Source of the DNA: Trichinella spiralis
Lineage: Eukaryota
DNA length: 41,425 nucleotides
Direction of reading: 5' to 3'
Assembly (NCBI RefSeq): GCF_000181795.1
Contig: NW_003526940.1
Span: forward strand, 2,659,844-2,701,268
Part shown: piece by piece, positions 25,111 through 36,024 of the stretch
Layout: every line of letters starts with the position of its first letter
How positions within the stretch are numbered: position 1 is the first letter of the stretch
Program-made: the position numbers and the translations under genes
Notes under the pieces: model-generated
What the model was told of the DNA's origin: nothing
Database searches by the model: none
The model's input: the letters and a program-made list of their open reading frames with translations, nothing else

Positions 25111-25361
25111 TGATTAGCTGTAATATTCTTCATTTCATTGGTTCAAATATTCCATTTAGGATTACGGAACTTTAATAGTGGTGACGTAACATTAATAATG
25201 AAATTATTCCTTATTTGGGAATTGTTTCAATTAAGATTTATAAGTTTTATCATTCATTGAAATTTTGTTTTTTCAATATATTATTAGTGAAGCTTATACT
25301 TTTTAGTGATCAACGTTTTCAATCAATAACTTTTATTATTATTCTATATTTTATTGTACCA
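25111..25361 (-). mobile_element. MULE subterminal fragment
   Basis: High-identity reverse complement of about 28619-28868. Ends at an N gap. Confidence 0.85.
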
Positions 25362-25767
25362 NNNNNNNNNNAAAATTTGTGTGTTTTTTCACAATAATAT
25401 ATTTATTAGAGAGAGAGAGAGTTTATATCTCTTTTATAGTAGAGACAAAGCGTGTTCACAAATATAAACTTTATCGAAGCTCTACTCAAATTTAAGGGCA
25501 CACACACACGAGGAGCGGTTTTTCAGGTCACACATACAGCAGCATATCGCATTTCGTATATACAGTACTACTGACGTAGTAAAAATAATTGTGATTGATT
25601 CACGATCAGAGCAGGCAAACAACCAACCAGTGTAAGAGACACAGTCTCAACCAACCAACCACCAATTAAACCAACATAACAGTGAACCAAAAATTAAACA
25701 AAAGTGGTATCACAAAGAATTTCAAAAATCACAAAATTAATTGTTTTTTGGATTAAGATTGACGTAA

Positions 25768-26511
25768 GATCTTTATCCGTACATAAACAATAGACTGCTG
25801 GCACCAGCTTTCCCGCCAAAAAGGTATGGATGGGAAACAGTTTTTGATACCATTGTGGTACAATCTTGAATGTACCATCCAATGCCCAGGTTCGCCTGGT
25901 TGCCATCAGTCTAATGTTAGAACCCGTAGCCAATACCAATATATGACTCGATGCACTCTGCCACAGCAAAAAATCTTCACCGGCCATTGTTGCCCTGAAT
26001 GCGTCAGGGATTTGCTAGTTCCACGATGTTCAGGCAGTTTTAGGTATCGCTTTGTCCGATGGCTGTACATCGTGGACTTCATCCGCTTGAAAAGCGGAAA
26101 ATAGCCAGATGCAGATGGCACAGGGGACGCGGCGGAAACTTCATCGTAAATGGCGAGGATGGGTTTTGTTTCTTCCGCGCTTCGTTTTTTCAAAACCGCC
26201 TTTTTTTCCATTTTGTATGCCAAATGCTCATCCACTGGGCAGCTTTCGATGTGATCCTTTTGCGTGATCACATATGTCACATCCAGGTTTGTCCATATGA
26301 CACCCTTGCAGCCTTCTCTGCCCTATACCAAAGTAACCTAACCTTTAATAACGAAGGACACACACTGTACATTTAGCGCATACTTTTGAGCAAACCCAAT
26401 GTTTTCTCTGTTTATTGGTGTATCTCAATTTGTATATGTCCTTCCTTGAGAAACAAGAGACGTACTTCCGCCACGATTTGTTACAAAACGCAGCTCAGAA
26501 ATATCAGCCAT
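25768..26511 (-). pseudogene. MULE transposase pseudogene, N-terminal half, copy 2
   Basis: ATG at 26511 (MADISELRFVTNRGG) and a 61-nt intron at 26383-26323, in the same position as in copy 1. Motifs HIESCPVDEH, WALDGTFK and PAVYCLCTDKD are present. There are frameshifts, and homology stops after TDKD. Confidence 0.9.
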
Positions 26512-26559
26512 TGTGAAAATGATGAACAGAACAGAAAATGATTCAAATAACTCTCGAAT

Positions 26560-27560
26560 GCAAAACGCAGGACCAAACAAAAATGAATTGGACGGTTTTG
26601 AATTCTATTTTTAATAACCATTTTGCAACAATATTTAGTTTTCATTTCATATTTTATCTACAATTGAAGATCAACTTGTGATATTCCTTGTGGCACTAAT
26701 GCCTTTTGTTGATACTGACAGAATAAAATTAATCACACACAAATGGCGCACAAATGCTGACATCAAACAATGCGATGTCCACTGCAGAGTGAATTTGAAG
26801 CAGCTTTAACTGCTATTCTGCTTGGAGCTGTCCATCACTTTCATTCCGCTTTCATTATGTTTTACTTTTATTTATCTGAATTTCATCAGAAAAATTTTCT
26901 TTTTTAGCTGGCAATTATATAATAATTATGTATAAAAATGCCCTTTATCCATTTGGACAGAAATTGGCTCCAATAACAAGCCATCTATTATGGCCAAATG
27001 GAACCGAGTTCCCCTCCCGGAAATAAAAAATCCGGCTCCCCACTATTTGGAANNNNNNNNNNNNNNNNNNNNNNNNNNNNNNNNNNNNNNNNNCCTGTGG
27101 TGGATTCCCATTTTAACACATAGGGAAAGTCAACAAGTGATAAATTGTCCACAGCTGCAGTTTGAATTAAAACCAGAACAAGCAACTGCTAACTTTTGTT
27201 AGCATCGAAATACTTTTCTGATTTTGCTTTGCCGTTCTCTGAAAATGTTTCTCGTTTGCAAACGAATTTTATCTTTAATCTTTCCAATGTTTCGTTTGCT
27301 CCTGTTCACCAGAGTTATTGTTTTCCTTCGTATATTTTATTTAAATAAAAAATTAAAAATCTAAAATATTATTTACAAATCAAAAAAAATTTAGTTTTAT
27401 ATGTTTGGTGTAAATTGTAAACTTTCTATTTTTACAACTGAACGAAACCGACTAGTGCGTTGGTGAAAACTTAAATTGCCATCTATTTTCATTTCCATTT
27501 GCAACCTTTCAATGTATATATTTCAATGATAACGAAATATTGAAACTTTCCGCATCAAAA
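26560..27560 (-). repeat. Dispersed leader repeat (family A) upstream of MULE copy 2 (spans an N gap)
   Basis: Reverse complement of about 7330-8210. Confidence 0.75.
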
Positions 27561-27738
27561 GCAGCGTTTATGATGTAGCTGATCTGTTTGATGTTGCATT
27601 TCAAATTACATTTGAAGTTGGTTATAAGTGAGCATGGAATTTGGCAAGAATTTCCATGCACTTATCCATTATTTTATCGTTTAATTAACTACAGGGAATT
27701 TTTTTCGGCCAAAATCTTATGCACTTATTCAATGTACG

Positions 27739-29005
27739 CGACTGCCGCTATGGAATGTACATAATGTAAATATTAAGACAAATAACCACTGGGAAGGTTG
27801 GCATAATCGGCTCAACAGAAAAGCGGCTAAAAGTCATAACGGGTTTTATGAACTGCTTGAGCTCCTGATAGCGGAACAGGGTGTGATGGACACCCTGATT
27901 AAGCAAGTGCTATCAGGAAACGTGACCGTTGGTGACTTAAGACGGGTAAACAGGGATTATGCTCAAAAGCAACGACGGGTTGCACAATATACGGGTGAAT
28001 ACACCAACGGTAGACGTACGCTGGAGCAGTTCCTAGCAGCTTTAATGTATTTAACGCCGGAGCCGATTTAGTGCCGCCTTCCAAGTGGTGGCTTGTATTA
28101 TATTTTTATTCTATTTTGTTGTGTTGTATTGTACTATATTATATTTGTATTGTATTGTATTGTATTATACTCGTATTTTATTTCATTGTATTGTATTATT
28201 CTTTTTCGTCGTTTCTACTTTGTTAACATTGTTCACTGTTATGTTGTTTATTGTTGTTGTTGTTGACTGTTCTTTACTGTTGTTGTTGCTACTCTTGACG
28301 AGTGAAAAATCCAAAATCACTANNNNNNNNNNNNNNNNNNNNNNNNNNNNNNNNNNNNNNNNNNNNNNNNNNNNNNNNNNNNNNNNNNNNNNNNNNNNNN
28401 NNNNNNNNNNNNNNNNNNNNNNNNNNNNNNNNNNNNNNNNNNNNNNNNNNNNNNNNNNNNNNNNNNNNNNNNNNNNNNNNNNNNNNNNNNNNNNNNNNNN
28501 NNNNNNNNNNNNNNNNNNNNNNNNNNNNNNNNNNNNNNNNNNNNNNNNNNNNNNNNNNNNTTTGTATCGTATCGTTTTTTCTGAATTATTATTATCGCAT
28601 TTGATACAACGAGGGCTGTGGTACAATAAAATATAGAATAATGATAAAAGTTATTATTGAAAACGTTGATCACTAAAAAGTATAAACTTCACTAATAATA
28701 TATTGGAAAAACAAAATTTCAGTTAATGATAAAACTTGTAAATCTTGATTGAAACAATTCCCAAGTAAGGAATAATTTCATTATTAATGCTACGTCACCA
28801 CTATTAAAGTTACGTAATCCTAAATGGAATATTTGAACCAATGAAATGAAGAATATTACAGCTAATCACAACTGAAGAGTTTGAATCAATGAGCAATTAG
28901 ATAAGGAAAACTAATAAGACGACAAATTAAAGGTCCAATGAAATAGCGAGTTCAACGACCAGTAAAATTAGACCGTGAAAATTTGTCCCGGAATCCACCA
29001 TCCCC
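27739..29005 (+). mobile_element. MULE 3' fragment: transposase C-terminus (27739-28071), 3' UTR and right terminus
   Basis: Encodes RLPLWNVHNVNIKTNNHWEGWHNRLN..MDTLIKQ..TPEPI*. Downstream sequence is collinear with 1378-2030 and ends GGAATCCACCATCCCC. Confidence 0.85.
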
Positions 29006-29442
29006 TTACATATGTATGCACTTAAAAATGTATGTTGAGAATAGGGAATTTTTTCTTGCTTTGCGCTGCCTGAGTAGCAATTTACTTGTATTAGTTTAAA
29101 TGATCTAATTTTCTAAAAATAAAGAATTAAAGTAATGGTACAACTCTTTTCTTTAATAGAGTACGTAAACTGAAGCTTTGCACTTAATAAATTTCAAGAC
29201 CATATAAAATGCAAAATACATAAAAAATTATTCATAATAGTAGAAATAAAACATTTGAATTTATACAGTTCATATCCATAAATTTATAAAATTTTTATTT
29301 TGTATCAAAATTGAATGCCATTAATTTTCAGCATCCTTCGAATCACGAGGAAAGAAAATATGGTAGCTTGGTACTATATTTTTTACATATTTTTTGGCTA
29401 TTCAGTTTCCATCATAATTGTTTCTGCTATTATAAATAATAT

Positions 29443-29718
29443 TGTTCAATCCAACTGCGTTCAGAACAGTTGAATTTCACTAACGAATCACTGGCCCTCT
29501 CTCAGGCTTATCAGCGTTAATTAAGTTCGGGAACAACAACACACGGAAACCAAGATTTATTCGGGAAGAATTGCACAACACACACACAAACACAAGGTCA
29601 CACTTCCGCTCGCGTTCACGCTCGCCGATTACTCGCAGATTACGTCACCACCACAACAACACACCGGTTACGGTAGCAGATTGGGATCTTCAGGCTCAAA
29701 CCGAGGAAGTTTTCAACA
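29443..29718 (-). repeat. 3' LTR of Pao element 1
   Basis: Direct repeat of 35125-35402. Confidence 0.95.
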
Positions 29719-29751
29719 CTCTCCCCCCCCTCGGTGATGGACCGCAGTTCA

Positions 29752-32700
29752 TCACCGAACCGATGCTGGCTCAAGAAGAATGAGCGATCTGCTCGGCCGG
29801 ATGAGAAGGCCTCGGGCAGTCCGTACTTTTACTGACCTCGTGACCCCATCGCTTCCCGTCAACGGCTCGATGATCACGCCTAGTTTCCAACGATTCCGTG
29901 GAACGCCTTCTTCCACTAGGAACACTAGGTCTCCCTTTTCCTGCTGCCGCCCGATCTTCGTCCATTTCCCTCGTGAGGTGAGAGTCACGAGATACTCTTC
30001 CAGCCATCGATTCCACAGATGTTTCATCAGCAGCTGCTGGTGCCGCCAACGCTTACGCAAGCTGGATGCGTTCGTCGGGGCCGATGCGGACGCAGCGGGA
30101 ATCGGGAGCGATGCCAATTCTCGTCCGATGAGGAAGTGCGCCGGTGTTAACGGGGCGCAGTCATGGGGGTCCTCGCTCAACAAAGTGAGTGGCCGGTCAT
30201 TGATCCGAGCCTCCAACTCACACAGCACTGTGTGCAACTCCCAGCTGCGGAGTAACGCTTTCCCCAAGACCTTCCTCAGAGCGTTCTTCATCGATCTGAC
30301 AAGCCGCTCCCAATAGCCACCGCACCAGGGAGCTCGGTCGGTGCTATACTTCCACTCGATCTGCCGCATCGCCAACTCTTCCCGGATCTTACCAGCTGAA
30401 TTTCCGCGAAGCAGGTCTCGCATAAACGAATCGGCTTGCTTAAACGTCCGGAAATTGTCAGTGTGAATCACACTGGGTCTCCCGCGTCTGGCGATGAATC
30501 GGCGGAGAGCGGCCAAGAAGCTAATCGTGGTCATGTCAAATACCACCTCCAAGTGCACCGCTCGTGTGACCATGCACGTGAACAGGCAGATGTACGCCTT
30601 CTGCGCAGGCCGATGTTCATCTTTCACATACAACGGTCCAGCAAAATCCAATCCCACTCTGTTGAATGGGAATGACGGTGTCACTCTTTCAGGCGGAAGG
30701 TCGCTCATCAGTGGACAAAATGGACGAGCATCATGCTTCCGGCAGATGATGCAAGCTCGGATGCATCTCTTGACTGCTTGCCGGCCCCGAACTACCCAAA
30801 AGCGACGCCGCAAGGCTGCCAAGGTTTGGTTCAGTCCAGCGTGCAATTCCGATTCATGAGTTCGTCGCACAATGAGCTCAACCACCGGGCCGTTGCGTGG
30901 GAGAAGCAAGGGATGACGGTGGCACCAGGGCAGCGCCGTCCTTGACAATCTTCCTCCCACTCGCAAAAGGCCTTCCGTGTCCACGAATGGAGACAAAGCC
31001 GCAAGGGGGTCCCCAGCTCGCACAGGGATGGGCCCCGAGGCAGTCTTCGAAACCGGAAACGCCTCCGCTTGAACTGCTCTCACCCACCGCTTTTCGGCGT
31101 CTTGCAATTCTAGCAAGGACAGTTGGGCTCCGATTTTCCGTTCTTCTGCGTGGGTTCTCGCATTCGCGAGGAACCGACAGCAATATGCCGTGACCCTGAC
31201 GAGGCGTTCCATCGTTCCATATCGAGACGGGTCGATGATCGCCAAGAGACCGGGCTCTTGCAGGCTGGCGCAAAGCGTGACGACCCTTTTCCTCTCTGGG
31301 GACACGAGACGAGTCTCCTCCGGCGAGAGCGCCATAGTCAGGCGCGGCCACTGCTCATAAGGTTCCTTCAGCCAGGCCGGACCATTCCACCAGAGTTTGT
31401 CCTCACGGAGGGTGTCCAAGGCGCAGCCGCGGCTGAGTTTATCAGCCGGATTGTCCGCGGTGGGACAATGCCGCCACTGAGAAGGCTCAGTCCGGCTGAG
31501 GATCTCCTGAACGCGGTTCGCCACGAAAGGTTTCCACCTTCGTGGGTCGCCTCGGATCCAACTGAGGACAATAGTACTGTCGCTCCAACAGGTGGATCGG
31601 TTGAAAGGAAGGCCTAATTCCCGTTCCACGTACTCTTTGAGGCGGCCACGTGGAGTGCAGCCATCAATTCGAGCCGTGGGAGGCTCAGTCGCCTGACCGG
31701 AGCGACGCGGATCTTGGCGAGGCAGAATCTCACCTCCTTGGCTCCGTCCATGGACTCCGTCATCAGGTATGCCACGGCGCCAAACGCTGTTTCCGAGGCG
31801 TCGCCAAAAACGTGCAGCTCAGAGCGGCGAACCTGATCTTTAGGACTGACCATCAACGCGCGTGGAACTCTGACGCTGTCCAGAGTCTCCAGTTCTCTCT
31901 TCCACTGACACCACACGCGATTGATGTCGAGGGGCAACTGGTCATCCCAATCCAGACCCTTCAACCAGAGCGACTGGAACAGTTTCTTGGCTCTAATAGT
32001 GAAGGGGGCTAAGCAGCCTAATGGGTCGAATAATCGGGATGCCAGACTGAGCAACTGCCTTTTGGAGTCATGCCGCTCCGGATGGATATCTGGCATGGGC
32101 ATGAACGTCAGGTAGTCGCTGTGCCGGTTCCAGTGCAAACCAAGCGTCTTCCACAGCCGATCCTCATCAGCTGGAGACACATCTTCTGGAGGGAGGTCCA
32201 TCAATGCATCTGGATCATTGCTCGCCCATTTCTTAAGAACGAAGCCGCCGGTTTTCATCAGTTCGGTCAACCTCTGGACGAGATGTCGGGCCTCGTCAAC
32301 TCCATCGCAGCTCGTCGCCAGGTCGTCGACGTACATATCCGACAATACTCTGTCGGTCAGCGCGTCAATGTTCCCGCGGCGCTGCGCATGGTGTCTCACC
32401 ACCTGTATGGCCAGGAATGGAGAGCACGTGAGGCCGAACCCCACCCGCGTTAGCCGATAGACCTTCACGGGGGCTCCGCAGTCCCTTTCCTGCCATAGGA
32501 AACGGCAAACGTCCCGATCTTCCGGACGCAGTCCGACCTGCAGGTACATCTTTTCAATGTCGGCCGGCAGCGCGATCCTGGATCGACGGAACCGGAGGAG
32601 CACGGCGACCAAGTCGGGTTGCAACTTCGGCCCTTGGTCGAGACAGTTGTTTAAGGATGTCCCGTTCCATTCTCCAGAACCGTCAAACACCACCCGACAC

Positions 32701-35060
32701 TTCGTCTTACCTTGATTGTGTTGGTAGACGGCATGATGGGGGAGGTACCAAGTTCTTCCTGGCGGACCTGATGTTTCATTCACTTTTTCTGCCCATCCAC
32801 GGTCAAGGTAGTCACGGATGACTCCTGAGTACTCCTGGTCTTTCTCAGGATCCCGGTTCAACTGCCGTCTAAACGCTCTCAAACGTCGCATGGCGACCTC
32901 GCGGTTGTCTGGCAACTGCACTGCCCCTGCTCTCCACAAAAGTCCGACGACATATCTCGTTCCATCAAACATGACCGACTCACTGAACTTTCTCTTGACG
33001 TCCTCGTCCGGATTGGTTTCTGCCTCCTGCACCATCCCAATCGAATCGATCTCCCAGAATCTTCTCAACAGCAAGTTGAGTTCTTCCGTCGTTCCGGCGG
33101 AGCTACTTTCCGTTACCGTCGAGACCATGGTGGTCTCTTGTTTGCCAGCCGAACTTCGCGCCTTCGGACCGCAAAGGATCCACCCGAAGATAGTCTCCAT
33201 GGCAATGGGATCATCTTCTCCTGCTACTCTCAGCCCTCTGCCTAGTACTCAATAGTACATGTCGAATCCGATCAAGACGTGGATTGATGTGAGGCTGGGC
33301 GGAGTAGCCAGGGTCGCTGCCCGAGGAAGATCGATTTCACGTGGCCAAGGCAACGGAGTTGCAATGAGGTCATCGCAAATGCTCGGGATGCAGAGCGCTG
33401 TCAATTCCAATTTCGTGCTCTCAGCCGCCTCTTCATGTGCCTGACCTAACTGGAAACGCACGTGGCGTGAGTCGGCGACTCTAGCACTCAGGCCATGTAC
33501 ACCCCGGACGGTCACCGCGCTTGGTGTTCCGCTGAGCTCCAGTTCATCAGCGACGTCGGTCCTGATGAGCGATTTCTCCGAAGCACTGTCGAGAAGGCAA
33601 TTGACCAACCTCTTCTTCCCGTTCTCACCGTAGGCCATCGCTTGGACGACAGGAAGGAGGACCCCGGGAGCCCGAACAGTCGAGGAAAAGTGAACCCCGA
33701 CGGGAGCGAGTTCAGTCGCGGCTCTGTCAGAAGCCGCATCTTCTGCTTCCAAATCCTGGGCAGGTGCCGTTGTTGGGTTTTTCTCCTTGACAGCTGCATC
33801 CGGTTGCGCCGCGGGTCTTGCATTTCTTAAAGCTGCTGGCCGCCTGGTTCGTCTGCGGTTCTGACGACGGTAGGGGTTCTGCAAGGCAAGCAGAGGGTGC
33901 TGACCTGGTCGGTCAGGATTCTGCTGGCAGCTACCTCTGCGGTGCCCTTTTCGCAGACATCCAAAACACAACCCATGCTTCCGGACACATTGCCATCGTT
34001 CCGGCCCGGAGAGTTCGACGAATCGCGGGCAACTCTCAACAGGATGGATTCCGCAGCACACCACGCAGTTTCCGACTGGATCCACTTGTACGGTGGCCGT
34101 CATGAAACGCTCTCCCTGCTCAGACCTCCGTTCTGGTTTCCGCGCAGGCATCTTCCTTGCCGAGCCCTTGATCCGAGACTGGTTCAGCAAGAAGGAGAGG
34201 AACACCGATGAGGTAATTTTCTCATTCGTCAGTTCTTTTACAAATGCCCTCCAGGCTTCCAAGGTGTCTGGCGGCAGCTTCTTCTTGATTATCGGAAGGA
34301 GAGCATGGAATCCGCTCAAGTTTGCGTCCACATCCTTCCCCAGAGCTCTCAATTCGAGGAAGTGGCGATTCAAGTCATCGTGGAGCCTCGTCAGGTCGGC
34401 TGCTCCGTCATCGGAGCACTCCTTCAAACTGACCACCTTCAACAGGTGACTCTCCATCACCTCGGGCACTCGATGGAATCGATTGTGGAGCGTCTGAACG
34501 ACCTCAGGGTAATTCTCCGCGCAGACCGTGATTCCTTCAATGGCCTTCAACGCTGCGCCGGACAGACATGACCGCAAATGAAGAAACTTGGTGATGGCAC
34601 CAAGGTCCTCCCGTCGATCAATGCTCACCTCGAACTGATCCCAGAATGACTTAAACTCCAGGATGTTACCATCAAACTTTGGCAGTGGCACCGGTTTCAG
34701 CTTTCCCAAATGCGACTTCGACCCTGATTTTTCGGTCAACGCAAATGTCGCCATGGGCTCTTTGCTCTCCTCCTTCTCTTTCAAGAATGTGTCGGCCCGG
34801 GTGCGTGTTGTAAACACTTCCTTGCATGACTCGCGCCATTCATTAAGGACAGCTTCCAGAGACTCTCCGTCGGGAAGTACGTCTTCCAATGTGACTTGAG
34901 CTCGGTGCGCTTCCGCATACTGTGCATCCAAGGCACACAGGGCATTCCTAACCGCTATCTCAGAGGAGTCTGTCTCGAGCTGATCCAGCACTTGTTGAAT
35001 AGTCTCCCGTAGACGCTTCTGTTCAATCTGTTGGCGCCTCTTAACTGTTTCAATCTTCAT
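29752..35060 (-). pseudogene. Pao gag-pol polyprotein (Gag/DUF1759, Zn knuckles, aspartic protease, RT, RNase H, integrase) with two lesions
   Basis: Motifs LPKFDG, LLDSAS, YLPHH, YVDD, LHVFGDAS, NPADKLSRG, GLDFAGP and GGYWERLV. In-frame TGA at 33251-33249 and a 1-nt deletion near 31644. Confidence 0.93.
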
Positions 35061-35124
35061 CTCGTGAAGCAAGATCAAAAATTCTCAGATTCCGGCCTTC
35101 CCGGCTCGTGGCACCAAAATGTAT

Positions 35125-35402
35125 TGTTCAATCAAACTGCGTTCAGAACAGTTGAATTTCACTAACGGATCACTGGCCCTCTCTCAGGCTTATCAGCGTT
35201 AATTAAGTTCGGGAACAACAACACACGGAAACCAAGATTTATTCGGGAAGAATTGCACAACACACACACACAAACACAAGGTCACACTTCCGCTCGCGTT
35301 CACGGTCGCCGATTACTCGCAGATTACGTCACCACCACAACAACACACCGGTTACGGTAGCAGATTGGGATCTTCAGGCTCAAACCGAGGAAGTTTTCAA
35401 CA
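35125..35402 (-). repeat. 5' LTR of Pao element 1
   Basis: Direct repeat of 29443-29718, followed by the PBS. Confidence 0.95.
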
Positions 35403-35631
35403 AATATATTATTATTCTGCTTACTTATGAAATGATTAAAATAAATTCACTTCATTTTTTTTGTTCAAAATAAAAGAAGTAGGAGAATTAGATGAAATTT
35501 ATAAATGCTTTTATATCCATCATTAAATTAATGTCATAGTAACTGAATTTACTGTATAAATTGTTTATTAATAATAGCTTCAAATAGCTAAGTAGGTTCT
35601 TATTACAAAATGCTTTTTGCTATAAAACACT

Positions 35632-36024
35632 TGTTGCCGACTTTTCTGTCGTCGGCAGCTCGACGCTCAGGTTAATAATGGACTGTATTTGATTCGGCGG
35701 GAATTCAATTCTCCCAGCGACGTAATAAACTTATTACGTCGATCTACACGAACTCTCAATTAGTTCGTTCTGGTAGCCTAGATAAGCTCCGCTTAACCAG
35801 TTCACAGAGAACTATTCGTCGAACGCGTCAATTCAATACAAGGGTTAAAGTGAATCCTTTACTCTTGTAGTCGCAAATACAATACAAAAAAACGACACGC
35901 TCGTCTCAAAAATGGCAAATCTAGCACTACTCGATCACACGTTGTTTTCCACGATTACAACGACAATACTACTACCGTACACTTTCGATGGTCAGGTATT
36001 AATCATTTCTTACTGTCTGTAACA
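35632..36024 (-). repeat. 3' LTR of Pao element 2
   Basis: Direct repeat of 39820-40212. Confidence 0.95.

Larger units (their letters stand above)
29443..35402 (-). mobile_element. Full-length BEL/Pao LTR retrotransposon (element 1)
   Basis: LTRs at 29443-29718 and 35125-35402 (3 substitutions plus a 2-bp CA indel) with TG..CA ends. 5-bp TSD AATAT. PBS TGGTGCCACGAGCCGGGA at 35116-35099. PPT GAGGGGGGGGAGAG at 29732-29719. Confidence 0.97.

Noticed and set aside
28085..28673. ORFs of 100-183 aa
   Set aside because: They are artefacts of the N run and low-complexity (TGTAT/TGT)n sequence.
33249..33251. Programmed stop readthrough between gag and pol
   Set aside because: The stop lies within the conserved protease-linker region. 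Pao elements normally have one ORF, and element 2 is open here, so a mutation is the simpler explanation.
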